Numbered from the stretch's first letter, positions 42,087 through 52,953 are shown. The stretch: DNA of 64,000 nt from a bacterium (GCA_037130175.1 JBAXTN010000009.1:1247-65246), one strand, 5' to 3'. Notes: generated by a model from the sequence alone, not told the origin. Numbers and translations: made by a program.

Positions 42087-43007
42087 TTGGCTTTTTCTTA
42101 TCCGGTGCACGAATTTCTCCAGCAACTCATCAATGGTCTCTCCCTCGGGGCGATCTATGCGTTGATTGCCCTTGGCTACAGCATGGTCTATGGACTCCTG
42201 AAGTTCATCAATTTCGCGCATGGTGATGTGCTCATGGTGGGGGCCTTTGCCGGATACTATGCAGCACCACTTGCAACGAGGATTTTTCCCGATCCTTGGA
42301 TGGTCACTGCTGCTGTTATCCTTGCAGCGATGATCGTCTGCGCCCTGCTCGGAGTGCTGATTGAAAGACTTGCCTACCGACCACTTCGTAATCAGCCAAA
42401 GCTTGCAGTCCTGATCACCTCAATCGGAGTGTCCCTTTTGCTCTCCTACGGAGGACAGATTTTCTTTGGGGTAAACCAGAAAGCTTTCCCTGATCTGTTG
42501 CCTCCGATTCGATTTTCCCTAGGTGCCGGAGTCTCGATTTCCGGGAACCATCTTCTGGTGATCGCGGTGACGCTGGTTCTTCTGATTGCGCTTCGGGAAA
42601 TTGTCCTGCGCACCCGCTTTGGGCTGGCTCTGCGGGCACTTTCTCAGAATCGTGATGCCGCCGCCCTGATGGGGGTGAACAGCAACGTGGTGATCGCCGT
42701 GACCTTTGCTCTTGGTTCGGCTCTTGCCGGTGCAGCCGGCGTGCTCTACGCAATGAATATCCACTCTATCGAGCCCCTGATGGGAACTCTACCCGGCATC
42801 AAGGCCTTTGTGGCTGCCGTGCTCGGAGGGATTGGAAGTTTGCCCGGTGCGGCTGTGGGTGGGGTGCTTCTCGGATTGAGCGAATGCCTGCTCGGAGGAT
42901 CTTTTCTATCCTCCTACCGGGATGCGATCGCCTTTGGCATCCTGATCCTTATTCTCCTCCTGCGGCCATCGGGGCTTTTTGGAAGTACTGCAACGGAAAA
43001 GGTTTAG
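42087..43007 (+). CDS. livH: branched-chain amino acid ABC transporter permease (LivH-type), orphan
   Basis: FLQQLINGLSLGAIYALIALGYSMVYG is a typical LivH opening. TTG start at 42087, or GTG at 42105. No livM, livG, livF or livK nearby. Confidence 0.85.
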   Translation: MAFSYPVHEFLQQLINGLSLGAIYALIALGYSMVYGLLKFINFAHGDVLMVGAFAGYYAAPLATRIFPDPWMVTAAVILAAMIVCALLGVLIERLAYRPLRNQPKLAVLITSIGVSLLLSYGGQIFFGVNQKAFPDLLPPIRFSLGAGVSISGNHLLVIAVTLVLLIALREIVLRTRFGLALRALSQNRDAAALMGVNSNVVIAVTFALGSALAGAAGVLYAMNIHSIEPLMGTLPGIKAFVAAVLGGIGSLPGAAVGGVLLGLSECLLGGSFLSSYRDAIAFGILILILLLRPSGLFGSTATEKV

Positions 43008-43058
43008 TCGGAGATGGTAGATGGAAGTGAATTGATTGCTGAGCAGTAGGTCTCTCGT

Positions 43059-43751
43059 TCACTCCTTGCCCAAGATCTCCAGATAGTTCCTGGAGGTTGC
43101 CTCGTGGCCATTGCCGGGTAGGAAGCTTTCTATACGCATCTGTTTTAGTGTCCAGAATCCGTCGATTTCTTGTCCTGAGATGACCTCGAAGCGTCTCAGG
43201 AGTAGGCCTTTTTTATCATACCCCTCAATGCGCAGAATGGCCCCACTCTCCTTATCGATCCAGACTCTGGCAAGACCATAGATTGGCTCGCCTGCCGGAG
43301 CTTGAAGGTCAATTTTCCAAGAAGGGCGCGTTTTCACTGTTTCCTCGCCCTGAATGACGGGGTGAGGCCAATAAAGAAATCCCAGGGAAAGATCCTGGTA
43401 GGTGATCCCTGTTTGCCGAATGATGTCGTGACAATGGATCGGAGAGATAGGTTTCGTCTTGCCATTTACTTCTTCACTAAGCTTGGTTTCGGCAGGCAAG
43501 AGGGTGAGGAAGATGGTTTGGCTGGGATTTTCAAGTTCGTAGCGCACGACATGATTCTTGAGACGGATGGTCATGGGGATAGAGGCATTCTCCCCCCGGA
43601 TCCTGGCCCGTAATGTCGCCGTGTGTGTTGTCGGATTCATCCTCGCTGCCTGAAGGATTGACTCCGCATCCTGTCCCCGCAGCGAGAGAGGGAAGAGAGT
43701 TCCTTCCAGCAAAAGGAGGAGAGAAATGATTGTTGGGAGTCGGAAACTCAT
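43059..43751 (-). CDS. LolA-like outer-membrane lipoprotein-sorting-fold protein
   Basis: Signal peptide. The C-terminal pattern ARVWIDKESGAILRIEGYDKKGLLLRRFEVISGQEIDGFWTLKQMRI is typical of the LolA_like family. Confidence 0.65.
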   Translation of the reverse strand: MSFRLPTIISLLLLLEGTLFPLSLRGQDAESILQAARMNPTTHTATLRARIRGENASIPMTIRLKNHVVRYELENPSQTIFLTLLPAETKLSEEVNGKTKPISPIHCHDIIRQTGITYQDLSLGFLYWPHPVIQGEETVKTRPSWKIDLQAPAGEPIYGLARVWIDKESGAILRIEGYDKKGLLLRRFEVISGQEIDGFWTLKQMRIESFLPGNGHEATSRNYLEILGKE

Positions 43752-43859
43752 GGCGGACACATTAAGGCAGAGTGTTGCCAGAGTCCAATGATGTGTGGTG
43801 CGGTCGACTGCCAATGCAAAGAGCACTATCTTTCACAAAAGTCACCGCATATAGTTTTG

Positions 43860-44231
43860 ATGGTGAGTATTCAGGAAGAACATAGACCGCACCGGACACT
43901 CCTTCTCTATGACGGAGAATGTCGGTTTTGCCGCCGTTCGGCTCTCATGATGGCGCATGGTGCAGGGGAGAGGGTTCGCATATTGCCTGCACAGAGTGGT
44001 GCCGGAACCAGTTATGGAATTTGTGCCGACAGGAGGCCGAACGAGGTCACTCTGATTGAAAACAACGGAAAGATACTCCACGGGGCAGCAGCGATTTTCC
44101 GTCTTATGAATCTCCAGGGAAGTCGTGCAGGAGAGCTTCTGTGGTGGTTTTACCGAAAAGTCGGTATATTCAGAGCGTTTGCGGAATGGGGGTATCGGAT
44201 CATTGCGCGGATGAGACACATCATCCCTTGA
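43860..44231 (+). CDS. DCC-family thiol-disulfide oxidoreductase (DUF393)
   Basis: LLLYDGECRFCRR motif (DGxCxxC) near the N-terminus. Confidence 0.75.
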   Translation: MVSIQEEHRPHRTLLLYDGECRFCRRSALMMAHGAGERVRILPAQSGAGTSYGICADRRPNEVTLIENNGKILHGAAAIFRLMNLQGSRAGELLWWFYRKVGIFRAFAEWGYRIIARMRHIIP

Positions 44232-44494
44232 TTAAAGCAATGATAATGTAGTTCTTTGTATAACGAATATCTTGCAATGTGTATCGCCGTTCAGGTTTGC
44301 GTTTTTAGACTGATGAAAAAGCGTTGCCGGGGGCTAGACTTTCCCTCTTTCGGAAAAAGATGCTCCGGGCTCGATCGTAATAAAAAACGACCCTAAAATG
44401 GCTGGAAGGCTTGAGAAAGGGGCTGTGCAGCGAAATATTGAAATCGTACACCCGCTTCAGGCCAAAAAAACTGGGGTAAAATCACAAAATCTTC

Positions 44495-44522
44495 TTGCAG
44501 ATGAGCGTGCTTTCCCTACATT
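44495..44522 (+). promoter_or_regulatory. candidate sigma-70-type promoter for the ribosomal superoperon
   Basis: TTGCAG, a 16-nt spacer, then TACATT, about 130 nt upstream of the rpsL ATG. Pattern match only. Confidence 0.3.
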
Positions 44523-44650
44523 CCCACCTCCCGGCTTCTTCGGGAATTTCGCCAGCGCCGCAGTGATGTGGTCTATCGTTCCGCTGAAAAGTGGCACAGA
44601 ATGCAGCCGGGAGCCTCACGAAGAACAACGCCGGAACAAACCATTCTCAC

Positions 44651-45064
44651 ATGCCAACCATCAACCAACTCGTACGACAGGGTCGCCAAAAGGTAAGGGT
44701 GAAGTCCAAATCACCCGCCCTTGTGAATTGTCCTCAGCGCCGCGGCGTCTGCGTTCAGGTGATGACTCGTACCCCCAAGAAGCCGAATTCAGCACTTCGT
44801 AAAGTAGCCAAGGTTCGCCTCACCAATGGGCAGGAAGTCATTGCCTATATCGGTGGTGAGGGACACAACCTTCAGGAGCACTCGATCGTTCTGGTCAGGG
44901 GTGGGCGAGTGAAGGATCTTCCTGGTGTCCGGTATCATATCGTCCGTGGCACGCTTGACGCGCTCGGAGTCGATGGTCGCCGTCGTGGTCGCTCGAAGTA
45001 CGGAGCCAAGCGTCCAAAGCCGGGCGAAGAAGCAAAGGCAGCCGGTAAGGGCAAGAAAAAATAG
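44651..45064 (+). CDS. rpsL: 30S ribosomal protein S12
   Basis: [14 protein letters not shown]...[12 protein letters not shown]. Lys/Ala-rich C-terminal tail. Confidence 0.95.
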   Translation: MPTINQLVRQGRQKVRVKSKSPALVNCPQRRGVCVQVMTRTPKKPNSALRKVAKVRLTNGQEVIAYIGGEGHNLQEHSIVLVRGGRVKDLPGVRYHIVRGTLDALGVDGRRRGRSKYGAKRPKPGEEAKAAGKGKKK

Positions 45065-45111
45065 TCCCGCCGCGTAGAAACTCAAATTTAACAAACCAAC
45101 CGTTCTTTTCC

Positions 45112-45585
45112 ATGTCCCGTCGCAAACGCGTTATTCAAAAGGAGGTCAAACGCGACCTTCGCTACGCCAGCCCTCTGGTTGCCCGCCTCATCACCACGGT
45201 GATGCGTGGTGGCAAGCGTTCGCTTGCAGAGCGCATTGTTTACAATGCGATCGAGAGTACTCGTGACGGTTCGGAAGCAGTTGATCCTCTGGATGTTCTG
45301 CAAAAAGCCATGGACAATGCCCGTCCAAGGCTTGAAGTCAAGAGCCGCCGAGTCGGTGGTGCCACCTATCAGGTTCCCATGGAGGTTCCCGCTGATCGTC
45401 AACTAGCACTAGCCATGCGCTGGATCGTGACTTTTGCAGGTAACCGCAAGAGCGTCCCAATGCACAAGGCGCTCGCCTCCGAACTCAAAGAGGCGGCAGC
45501 TGGACAAGGGGCCGCTATCAAGAAGCGTGATGATCTGCATAAAATGGCGCAGGCCAATCGCGCCTTTGCCCATTTCCGCTGGTAA
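45112..45585 (+). CDS. rpsG: 30S ribosomal protein S7
   Basis: MSRRKRVIQKEV...GGATYQVPMEV...AFAHFRW. Confidence 0.95.
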   Translation: MSRRKRVIQKEVKRDLRYASPLVARLITTVMRGGKRSLAERIVYNAIESTRDGSEAVDPLDVLQKAMDNARPRLEVKSRRVGGATYQVPMEVPADRQLALAMRWIVTFAGNRKSVPMHKALASELKEAAAGQGAAIKKRDDLHKMAQANRAFAHFRW

Positions 45586-45629
45586 TCAATTCCTTCATCG
45601 TTCTTTAACAAATTGTTCTTTTTCATTCC

Positions 45630-47786
45630 ATGAGCGCCTCGCCAGAAACCAAAAATCCGAACTCTCCGGATCGTGCCTTTCCGTTGGATCGCACGCGTAA
45701 TATCGGTATTTGCGCTCACATTGATGCTGGCAAGACCACTCTTACAGAGAGGGTTCTCTTTTACACCGGCATGATCCACAAGATCGGCGAAGTGCATGAA
45801 GGAGCGGCGACTACCGACTGGATGGAGCAAGAAAAGGAGCGTGGAATCACCATCACTTCTGCCGCCACCACCTGTAGCTGGAAACAGCTCCCGCAGGAAA
45901 ATGTCGTTAAGCTTTTTGACGGAATCCAGCAGAGAATCAACATTATCGATACACCAGGCCATGTCGATTTCACGGCTGAGGTGGAGCGTTCCCTCCGTGT
46001 GCTTGATGGAGCAATTGCCGTGTTCTGTGGTGTTGCCGGCGTGCAACCACAATCTGAAACGGTTTGGCGACAAGCCAACAAATACAATGTTCCCCGCATC
46101 GCCTTCGTCAATAAGATGGATCGCACGGGTGCCAATTTTGATAACGCCGTTTCTGACATGCGTACCAAACTCGGTGCCAACGCTTGGCCGATTCTGATTC
46201 CCATAGGTGCCGAAGATCATCTTCAGGGGCAAATTGATGTAGTGAACCAAAAGGCTGTCATCTATGCCGATGACGCAAGCATGGGCTCAAACTATACGGT
46301 GGAAGAAATCCCGGAAGATTTAAAAGCCAAAGCGCAGGCCGCATACGAGGATCTCGTCAATCAGATGATGGATCTTGATGAAGAGGTAGGAATGCTCTTC
46401 TTGGAAGAAAAGCCTGTAACTCGCGAGATCCTTAAAAATGCGATCCGTCGCCAGACGATTACCAACCGATTTGTACCGGTTGCTGGCGGTTCAGCTTTCA
46501 AGAATAAGGGCGTCCAGTATCTTCTCGATGCTGTTGTTGATTATCTTCCAAGCCCGATTGACATTCCTCCCGCAAAGGGAATGGACCCTGACAACGGGAA
46601 TGACAAGTTCGCTGCAACCAGTGATTTTGAGCCCTTCTGTTCACTTGCATTCAAACTTTGGAGCGATCCATTCGTAGGGAAGCTCGTTTTCTTCCGCGTC
46701 TATTCCGGAAAACTTAGTAAGGGTGATACCGTACTCAATCCCCGTACCGGTAAACGGGAACGCATCAGCCGTCTGATTCAGATCCAAGCTGACAAACGCG
46801 AAGATATCGATACCTGTTACTCAGGTGACATTGCAGCAATCGTAGGCATCAGAAACATCACGACTGGCGATACGCTCTGTACCGAAGATGTGCCTATCGC
46901 TCTAGAGCCTCCTTCATTCCCTGATCCTGTTATCTCGATGTCCATCGAGCCTAAGACCAAGGTTGATCAGGAGAAAATGGGGAATGCCCTTCAACGCCTT
47001 TCCGAAGAAGATCCAACCTTCCGCGTCTTCACAGATGAGGAAACTGGACAGACCATCATCGCTGGGATGGGTGAGCTGCATCTCGAAATCATCAGGGATC
47101 GCATGCTCCGTGAGTTCAAGGTCGAGGCCAACTCTGGTAAGCCCCAGATTGCTTACAAAGAGACCATTCTTAATCCTGCAGGTGGCGAAGGAAAACTAGT
47201 CAAGCAGTCCGGTGGTCGTGGTCAATACGGCCATGTCGTCATCAAGCTTGCCCCGAATGAAAAGGGCAAGGGGGTCACTATCGAGAATAAAACAGTCGGC
47301 GGTTCCATTCCTAAGGATTTCATCCCTGCTGTCATCAAAGGTCTCAATGAGGCAGCGCTCAATGGAGTTGTTGGTGGCTACCCCGTCATTGATGTTCATG
47401 TAGAGATCGTGGATGGCTCCTACCACGATGTAGATTCCAACGAAATGGCATTCAAAATGGCTGCCATCTTTGCCATGAAAGATGGTCTTAAGAATGCTAA
47501 ATCCATTCTCCTTGAACCAATCATGAAGGTCGAAGCTGTTACTCCCGAAGAGTATCAGGGTGACATCATGGGTGATCTCAACCGCCGTCGCGGCAAGATC
47601 ATGTCGATTGAAACCAAGACCATCGTCACCAATGTCAACGCAGAGGTTCCCCTCTCCGAAATGTTCGGTTACGCCACTGCAATCCGCTCACTCTCCAAGG
47701 GTCGTGCATCCTACTCTATGGAGCCCTCTCACTTCGAACAAGTCCCGGCTCAGGTATTGGCCGCGGTTCTCGATCAGAAAAACTAA
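45630..47786 (+). CDS. fusA: elongation factor G
   Basis: G1 motif [19 protein letters not shown] and NKMDR. 718 aa. Confidence 0.95.
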   Translation: MSASPETKNPNSPDRAFPLDRTRNIGICAHIDAGKTTLTERVLFYTGMIHKIGEVHEGAATTDWMEQEKERGITITSAATTCSWKQLPQENVVKLFDGIQQRINIIDTPGHVDFTAEVERSLRVLDGAIAVFCGVAGVQPQSETVWRQANKYNVPRIAFVNKMDRTGANFDNAVSDMRTKLGANAWPILIPIGAEDHLQGQIDVVNQKAVIYADDASMGSNYTVEEIPEDLKAKAQAAYEDLVNQMMDLDEEVGMLFLEEKPVTREILKNAIRRQTITNRFVPVAGGSAFKNKGVQYLLDAVVDYLPSPIDIPPAKGMDPDNGNDKFAATSDFEPFCSLAFKLWSDPFVGKLVFFRVYSGKLSKGDTVLNPRTGKRERISRLIQIQADKREDIDTCYSGDIAAIVGIRNITTGDTLCTEDVPIALEPPSFPDPVISMSIEPKTKVDQEKMGNALQRLSEEDPTFRVFTDEETGQTIIAGMGELHLEIIRDRMLREFKVEANSGKPQIAYKETILNPAGGEGKLVKQSGGRGQYGHVVIKLAPNEKGKGVTIENKTVGGSIPKDFIPAVIKGLNEAALNGVVGGYPVIDVHVEIVDGSYHDVDSNEMAFKMAAIFAMKDGLKNAKSILLEPIMKVEAVTPEEYQGDIMGDLNRRRGKIMSIETKTIVTNVNAEVPLSEMFGYATAIRSLSKGRASYSMEPSHFEQVPAQVLAAVLDQKN

Positions 47787-47798
47787 CCACTTACGACT

Positions 47799-48110
47799 AT
47801 GGCCGCTGGACAACGCATCCGTATCCGCCTTAAAGGCTTCGATTTCCGACTTCTGGACATCTCCGCTCTCGAAATTGTCGAGACCGCAAAACGCACAGGC
47901 TCCAAAGTAACGGGACCCATTCCTCTTCCCACACGCATCGAGAAGTTCACCGTGAACCGTTCCCCCCATGTTGACAAAAAGTCAATGGATCAGTTTGAGA
48001 TTCGGACCCACAAGCGCCTCCTCGACATTCTCGAACCCACTGCGAAGACCGTGGATGAGCTGCGTAAGCTCAATCTGCCTGCCGGTGTGGATATCACCAT
48101 TAAGATCTGA
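47799..48110 (+). CDS. rpsJ: 30S ribosomal protein S10
   Basis: [10 protein letters not shown]...GPIPLPT...SPHVDKKS. Confidence 0.95.
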   Translation: MAAGQRIRIRLKGFDFRLLDISALEIVETAKRTGSKVTGPIPLPTRIEKFTVNRSPHVDKKSMDQFEIRTHKRLLDILEPTAKTVDELRKLNLPAGVDITIKI

Positions 48111-48151
48111 CGATCTGTTCACCACTAGGATTTACTACTTTTACAAGCATT

Positions 48152-48799
48152 ATGAGCATCGGTGTTCTCGGAAAAAAAGTCGGCATGACCCGCGTTTATG
48201 ACGCAAAGGGTCGCATCCGTCCTGTGACAGTTATCGAAGCAGGCGGCAATCGCGTTCTTCAGGTCAAGGGCAAGGAAAAGGAGGGATATTCATCCGTCCA
48301 AATCGGCTTTGGTGATCAGAAGGAGCATCGCATGAGCAAGCCTCAATTGGGGCACTTTGCCAAAAGTGCCTCCACACCAAAGCGTTTCATTCGTGAGTTC
48401 CGTCTAAAGGACGGGGAAGCGGCTCCCGAATTGGGCGATTGGTCAGTGACAAATTTTCAGGATGGACAGTTTGTGGATGTCATTTCGACTTCCAAGGGCA
48501 AGGGATTCCAGGGCGTTGTGCGACGTTTTAAATTTGCCGGCCAGCCAGAAACTCACGGTTCCATGATGCATCGCCGTAATGGTGCAATCGGAAACCGCCT
48601 GACTCCGGGTCGTGTTTGGAAGAACATGGGTATGCCCGGTCACATGGGTGATGAGCGCATCACAATCCAGAATCTTGAGATTGTACAGGTGCGTGAAGCC
48701 GACGGAGTAATCCTTGTTAGCGGGGCAATTCCCGGCGCAAAGGGAACTTTTGTTGTCGTCCGTCCCTCCAAGAAAAAATCAGCAAAAGTTACCAAGTAA
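48152..48799 (+). CDS. rplC: 50S ribosomal protein L3
   Basis: GVLGKKVGMTRVYD...GKGFQGVVRRF. Confidence 0.95.
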   Translation: MSIGVLGKKVGMTRVYDAKGRIRPVTVIEAGGNRVLQVKGKEKEGYSSVQIGFGDQKEHRMSKPQLGHFAKSASTPKRFIREFRLKDGEAAPELGDWSVTNFQDGQFVDVISTSKGKGFQGVVRRFKFAGQPETHGSMMHRRNGAIGNRLTPGRVWKNMGMPGHMGDERITIQNLEIVQVREADGVILVSGAIPGAKGTFVVVRPSKKKSAKVTK

Positions 48800-48802
48800 C
48801 CC

Positions 48803-49417
48803 ATGAGCGCTACCATTCTAACAGCCGATGCGGCCAAGCAGGCCAAAATCGATATCATCACTGACGGAAAAGGAACCCAGGCGGTTCACGATGTGGTTGT
48901 CGCAATGCGAGCCAACCGCCGCAGCGGAACGGCTTCTGTGAAGACCAAGGCCACAGTAAATCTGTCTGGCAAAAAACCCTGGAAACAAAAGGGTACAGGT
49001 CGTGCTCGCGCAGGATATGCCAGTTCTCCTGTCTGGGTAGGTGGTGGTGTCGTCCATGGACCTCACCCCCGCAGCTATGCCAAAACAACTCCCAAGGCCG
49101 TCAAGCGTCTTGCCTTTCGTAAGGCACTGAGCGCACGGGTTCTCTCCGGAGATGTCCTCATTGTGGATTCCTTCGAGTTAAAGGAGCCAAAAACCAAGCA
49201 ATTTATCTCACTCGTTGAAAGTTTCCATGGTGGTGTGCGCCGCACGCTCATCGTAGCAACCAGCTTCACAGAACCAACTTTCCTTGCTGCCCGCAATGTA
49301 CAGAGCGATCTGCTCATCACGGCATCTGAAGTAAACACCGAGAATCTCCTCGCATTCGACAAAATCATCATCACCAAGGATGCTCTCGAGGCACTTGGCA
49401 ACCGCCTGCAAGGCTAA
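48803..49417 (+). CDS. rplD: 50S ribosomal protein L4
   Basis: GKKPWKQKGTGRARAG...SPVWVGGGVVHGP. Confidence 0.95.
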   Translation: MSATILTADAAKQAKIDIITDGKGTQAVHDVVVAMRANRRSGTASVKTKATVNLSGKKPWKQKGTGRARAGYASSPVWVGGGVVHGPHPRSYAKTTPKAVKRLAFRKALSARVLSGDVLIVDSFELKEPKTKQFISLVESFHGGVRRTLIVATSFTEPTFLAARNVQSDLLITASEVNTENLLAFDKIIITKDALEALGNRLQG

Positions 49418-49421
49418 AGGC

Positions 49422-49706
49422 ATGAAAGAAGCCCACGATATTATCCGCCGCGTCCTTGTGACAGAGAAGGCAAGTCTTCTCTCTGAAAAATTCAACAAAT
49501 ATGTGTTCCGTGTCTCAACAGACGCCAACAAGATTGAGATTAAGCATGCCATAGAGACGCTTTTCAAGAAGAAGGTAGCCTTGGTCAACACACTTCAGGT
49601 TGATGGCAAGAAAAAGCGTGAGCGCCGCGCCGACTATGGTCGCACTCCGCACTGGAAGAAGGCCATTGTCACTCTCGCACCCGGCGAGAAAATTGATCTT
49701 GCCTAG
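49422..49706 (+). CDS. rplW: 50S ribosomal protein L23
   Basis: [12 protein letters not shown]...[20 protein letters not shown]. Start set at the ATG at 49422, just after the rplD stop. Confidence 0.9.
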   Translation: MKEAHDIIRRVLVTEKASLLSEKFNKYVFRVSTDANKIEIKHAIETLFKKKVALVNTLQVDGKKKRERRADYGRTPHWKKAIVTLAPGEKIDLA

Positions 49707-49741
49707 GAAAAAATAACGTAGCCCATACCTATCCAAAGACC

Positions 49742-50581
49742 ATGGCACTAAAAACCTTTCGTCCTCTGACTCCTTCGCAACGCTTTAAGGCGCTGCCATC
49801 CTTTGAGGAGATCACCAAGAGCAAACCTGAGAAATCACTTGTTGAGAGTAAACACCGCACCGGTGGTCGCAACAACATGGGTCGCAAGACTTCTCGGCAT
49901 CGTGGTGGTGGTCACAAGAAAAAATACCGCATCATCGACTTTAAGCGTTGCCGCCGTGATGCAGTCGCGGAAGTCATCGCCATCGAGTACGATCCGAACC
50001 GCAGTGCGCGACTTGCCCTCATTCAGTATCCTGACGGCGAAAAAGCCTACATTCTTGCAGCCAGTGGTCTAACTGTCGGCCTTAAGGTCGCAGCCGGTGA
50101 AGCCGCAGAGCCCAATGTTGGCAATGCTCTGCCGCTCAAATCCATTCCGCTCGGTCTTGCGATTCACAATATCGAACTGATTCCGGGTAAAGGCGGACAG
50201 ATTGTTCGCAGTGCGGGGTCACAGGCAATTCTCAGCAACCGTGAAGGAGGCTTTGCTCTGCTCAAACTGGCCTCCGGCGAACTTCGCCGTGTCAACGAAG
50301 AGTGCTACGCAACCATCGGACAGGTAGGGAATATTGAGCACATGAATGTCATCAGTGGAAAGGCAGGGCGATCCCGCTGGCTCGGTATCCGTCCCCAGAC
50401 CCGCGGTATGGCAATGAACCCGGTCGATCACCCGATGGGTGGTGGGCAGGGCAAGAGTAAGGGAGGTGGCGGACGCCATCATCCCATGAGCCCGTGGGGT
50501 CAGCTTTCCAAGGGCTTTAAGACCCGAGACAAACATAAACAAAGCGACCGATTCATCGTGCAGCGTCGCAAAAAGAAATAA
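49742..50581 (+). CDS. rplB: 50S ribosomal protein L2
   Basis: [29 protein letters not shown] and [11 protein letters not shown]. Confidence 0.95.
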   Translation: MALKTFRPLTPSQRFKALPSFEEITKSKPEKSLVESKHRTGGRNNMGRKTSRHRGGGHKKKYRIIDFKRCRRDAVAEVIAIEYDPNRSARLALIQYPDGEKAYILAASGLTVGLKVAAGEAAEPNVGNALPLKSIPLGLAIHNIELIPGKGGQIVRSAGSQAILSNREGGFALLKLASGELRRVNEECYATIGQVGNIEHMNVISGKAGRSRWLGIRPQTRGMAMNPVDHPMGGGQGKSKGGGGRHHPMSPWGQLSKGFKTRDKHKQSDRFIVQRRKKK

Positions 50582-50587
50582 TTTACT

Positions 50588-50866
50588 ATGGCACGCTCCC
50601 TAAAAAAAGGTCCGTTCGTCGAGTGGAAACTCCTCGAAAAGATTGATAAACTCAACGAGAACAACACCAAGAAGCCGATCAAGACTTGGTCTCGTCGTTC
50701 CACCGTGACCCCTGACTTTGTTGGCCACACATTCAATGTCCACAACGGGCGTTCTTTCATTCCTGTTTTCGTCACGGAAAACATGGTGGGTCACAAACTT
50801 GGAGAGTTTGCCCCCACCCGTATCTTTAAGAAACACGGATCTCATACTGCCAAGGTCACGAAGTAA
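50588..50866 (+). CDS. rpsS: 30S ribosomal protein S19
   Basis: [11 protein letters not shown]...[23 protein letters not shown]. Confidence 0.95.
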   Translation: MARSLKKGPFVEWKLLEKIDKLNENNTKKPIKTWSRRSTVTPDFVGHTFNVHNGRSFIPVFVTENMVGHKLGEFAPTRIFKKHGSHTAKVTK

Positions 50867-50891
50867 TCAAGATACTCACCAGCCTTTTCGC

Positions 50892-51668
50892 ATGTCATTA
50901 TCACGCCATACAAGCCATCTGTCAGCGGTGACAGCAGCTGCCCTTGCCTCCCTTGTGGGCATTCCGGTTGCTGCTGCCCTTGCACAGAATTCGACGGCTT
51001 CGAGGGTGGGTAGCGAAACTGCAGGAGCCGCTTCATTCCGTGAAAAACTCATCCTTTCAGAGGCTTCAATCAAGGGGTTGACCGAGAGCCTTGCTGTTGC
51101 CAACGGAGAGACTGAGCTCTTCAAACGCAAGTATGACGATCTCAACATGCGCGTCGAGGCCTTGGGTATTGCTCCCCCGGGCAAGGAGGAGGAGGCTCTT
51201 CGAGCCCGTCTTCTGGCGGCGGTTCGCGATATGCGGCTTTTGCAGAAAGAAAATGATGCCACGCGCGAACAGATGGTTCGCCTCACGGAGGTGGTGATGG
51301 ATCTGTTGAAAACTTCGGATGGCATTGATGCCAAGACCCGCCTCAAGGTAGAACAGGAATTGCGCTCATCGGCTGCACTGACAGCGTCCAAGAACAGTGC
51401 TTCTAGCACAACAGGAACTGTGGGTTTGACAAGCGGAATGGTGGTTGATTACAAGCCCGATCTCGCTCTTGTTGTCGCCAATCTCGGTGCTCGTCAGGGA
51501 GTCAAGACCGGTATGCCCTTTCAAATCTGGCACGGTGACAGACAGATTGCCTCCGCCAGGGTTGTGGATGTACGGGACGCCATCAGCGGTGCCATTGTGC
51601 AGAATGCAACGACCACTTCCGACACAGTCAAGCCGGGAGACACCTTCCGTATCGATACCACCCGCTGA
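50892..51668 (+). CDS. secreted coiled-coil protein of unknown family inserted between rpsS and rplV
   Basis: 258 codons from the ATG at 50892; the longer ORF-track version (from 50718) would overlap rpsS. Signal-peptide-like AAALASLVGIPVAAALA, a heptad-rich middle, and a beta-rich C-terminal module. Gaps of 25 and 32 nt to the neighbouring genes. Confidence 0.65.
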   Translation: MSLSRHTSHLSAVTAAALASLVGIPVAAALAQNSTASRVGSETAGAASFREKLILSEASIKGLTESLAVANGETELFKRKYDDLNMRVEALGIAPPGKEEEALRARLLAAVRDMRLLQKENDATREQMVRLTEVVMDLLKTSDGIDAKTRLKVEQELRSSAALTASKNSASSTTGTVGLTSGMVVDYKPDLALVVANLGARQGVKTGMPFQIWHGDRQIASARVVDVRDAISGAIVQNATTTSDTVKPGDTFRIDTTR

Positions 51669-51700
51669 TTCAAGAATCTTCACGAACTAATTTTCTAACC

Positions 51701-52171
51701 ATGCAAGTCATCGCCACCCACCGTTACGCGCGCATCTCCGCCTTTAAGGCCCGTGAGGTTACCCGTGAGATTCAAGGCCTGCCAGCCGTTGACGCTCTCC
51801 AGCAACTTGGATTCATTCCCAAGAAGGCTGCCCCACTGATTGCTAAGACTCTCAAGAGCGCCATCGCCAACGCCGAGCACAACAACAATGTGAGGGCTGA
51901 GCTCCTGGTCATCAAAGAGGCTGTGATCGGTGAAGCCCCGACAATCAAGCGAATCCGTCCGAAGGCCCGTGGAAGCGCAGGTCCTGTTCGCAAGCGCAAC
52001 AGCCACATTCGGATTGTCCTGACCGACGAAGTACCGATCGTGCGGCGTGCCGATAAGGCAGCTAAGACAGGCAGATCCAAAACTTCCAAAAAACCCAAAG
52101 CCGAAAATCAACCAGTCCCAGCTACTCCAGAGGCAACGAATCTTGAAGTAACAGGGGAATCCGCATCCTAA
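51701..52171 (+). CDS. rplV: 50S ribosomal protein L22 with C-terminal extension
   Basis: RISAFKAREVTREIQG...AIANAEHN...RGSAGPVRKRNSHIRIVL, plus a ~45-aa Lys/Pro/Ala tail. Confidence 0.95.
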   Translation: MQVIATHRYARISAFKAREVTREIQGLPAVDALQQLGFIPKKAAPLIAKTLKSAIANAEHNNNVRAELLVIKEAVIGEAPTIKRIRPKARGSAGPVRKRNSHIRIVLTDEVPIVRRADKAAKTGRSKTSKKPKAENQPVPATPEATNLEVTGESAS

Positions 52172-52206
52172 GTCTCTCAGACTACAAGCCAACCGAACAA
52201 TAAATT

Positions 52207-52935
52207 ATGGGACAAAAAGTCAACCCAATCGGCTTCCGCCTACCGATCACCCGTGATTGGACTTCGCGCTGGTATGCCAACGAGAAAGAATTTGCCGATT
52301 TCCTTTATGCAGATCAGCTGATCCGCGGCTGGCTCAAGAAGAAACTCAAGACTGCTGCCGTATCACGCATCGTGATTGAACGAGCATGGAACAGCGTGCG
52401 CGTGACAATTTTCACCGCCCGCCCCGGCATCGTGATCGGACGCAAAGGCTCCGAAATCGAGACCATGACCAAAGAGGTCTCGCGTCTCGCGGGAGGAAAG
52501 CAGGCAAAAATCGATATTATTGAAATCAAGCAACCGGAGTTGGATGCCACGCTTGTTGCCGAAAGTGTTGCCGGTCAACTGGAACGCCGCATCGGATTCC
52601 GTCGTGCCATGAAAAAGGCAATGCAGATTGCAATGGATATGGGTGCGGATGGTATCAAGATCCGTGCGAGCGGTCGCCTCGGCGGTGCTGAAATTGCACG
52701 CACCGAGGTGGTTCGCAACGGGACGATACCCCTTCACACTCTTCGCACCAACATCGATTATGGATTTGCAGAGGCTGATACCATTGCAGGAAAAATCGGT
52801 GTCAAATGCTGGATTTGCAAAAAGCCAGAGAAGTCCGTTGAGACGGAGAATCAAAACAGAGATGCGGCGTCTGCTGGCAATCGTGCAGCTTCCAACCGGG
52901 ATGTCCAGGCTCCGGTCGAGGCAGTTGCCCAATAA
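52207..52935 (+). CDS. rpsC: 30S ribosomal protein S3
   Basis: [12 protein letters not shown]... and KH domain GRKGSEIE. C-terminal tail. Confidence 0.95.
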   Translation: MGQKVNPIGFRLPITRDWTSRWYANEKEFADFLYADQLIRGWLKKKLKTAAVSRIVIERAWNSVRVTIFTARPGIVIGRKGSEIETMTKEVSRLAGGKQAKIDIIEIKQPELDATLVAESVAGQLERRIGFRRAMKKAMQIAMDMGADGIKIRASGRLGGAEIARTEVVRNGTIPLHTLRTNIDYGFAEADTIAGKIGVKCWICKKPEKSVETENQNRDAASAGNRAASNRDVQAPVEAVAQ

Positions 52936-52953
52936 TTTTTAAGGAGAACAGTC

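Noticed and set aside
42061-42098. Roughly 7-nt periodic CTTTT motif (ggcttttagcttttcgttttgggcttttggctttttc) considered as a tandem repeat or mini-array.
   Set aside because: The units are imperfect, short and T-rich. The stretch overlaps the livH start region and has no spacer structure, so it is neither CRISPR-like nor a clear microsatellite. It is probably just a pyrimidine-rich leader.
44398-44802. 134-aa ORF upstream of and overlapping rpsL.
   Set aside because: It overlaps the canonical rpsL start in another frame, and its composition is not protein-like. The region is more likely the promoter and 5' leader of the ribosomal operon.
50718-50891. N-terminal 58 codons of the ORF-track version of the inserted gene.
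   Set aside because: This part overlaps rpsS in another frame. The internal ATG at 50892 gives a product starting with a plausible signal peptide and no overlap.
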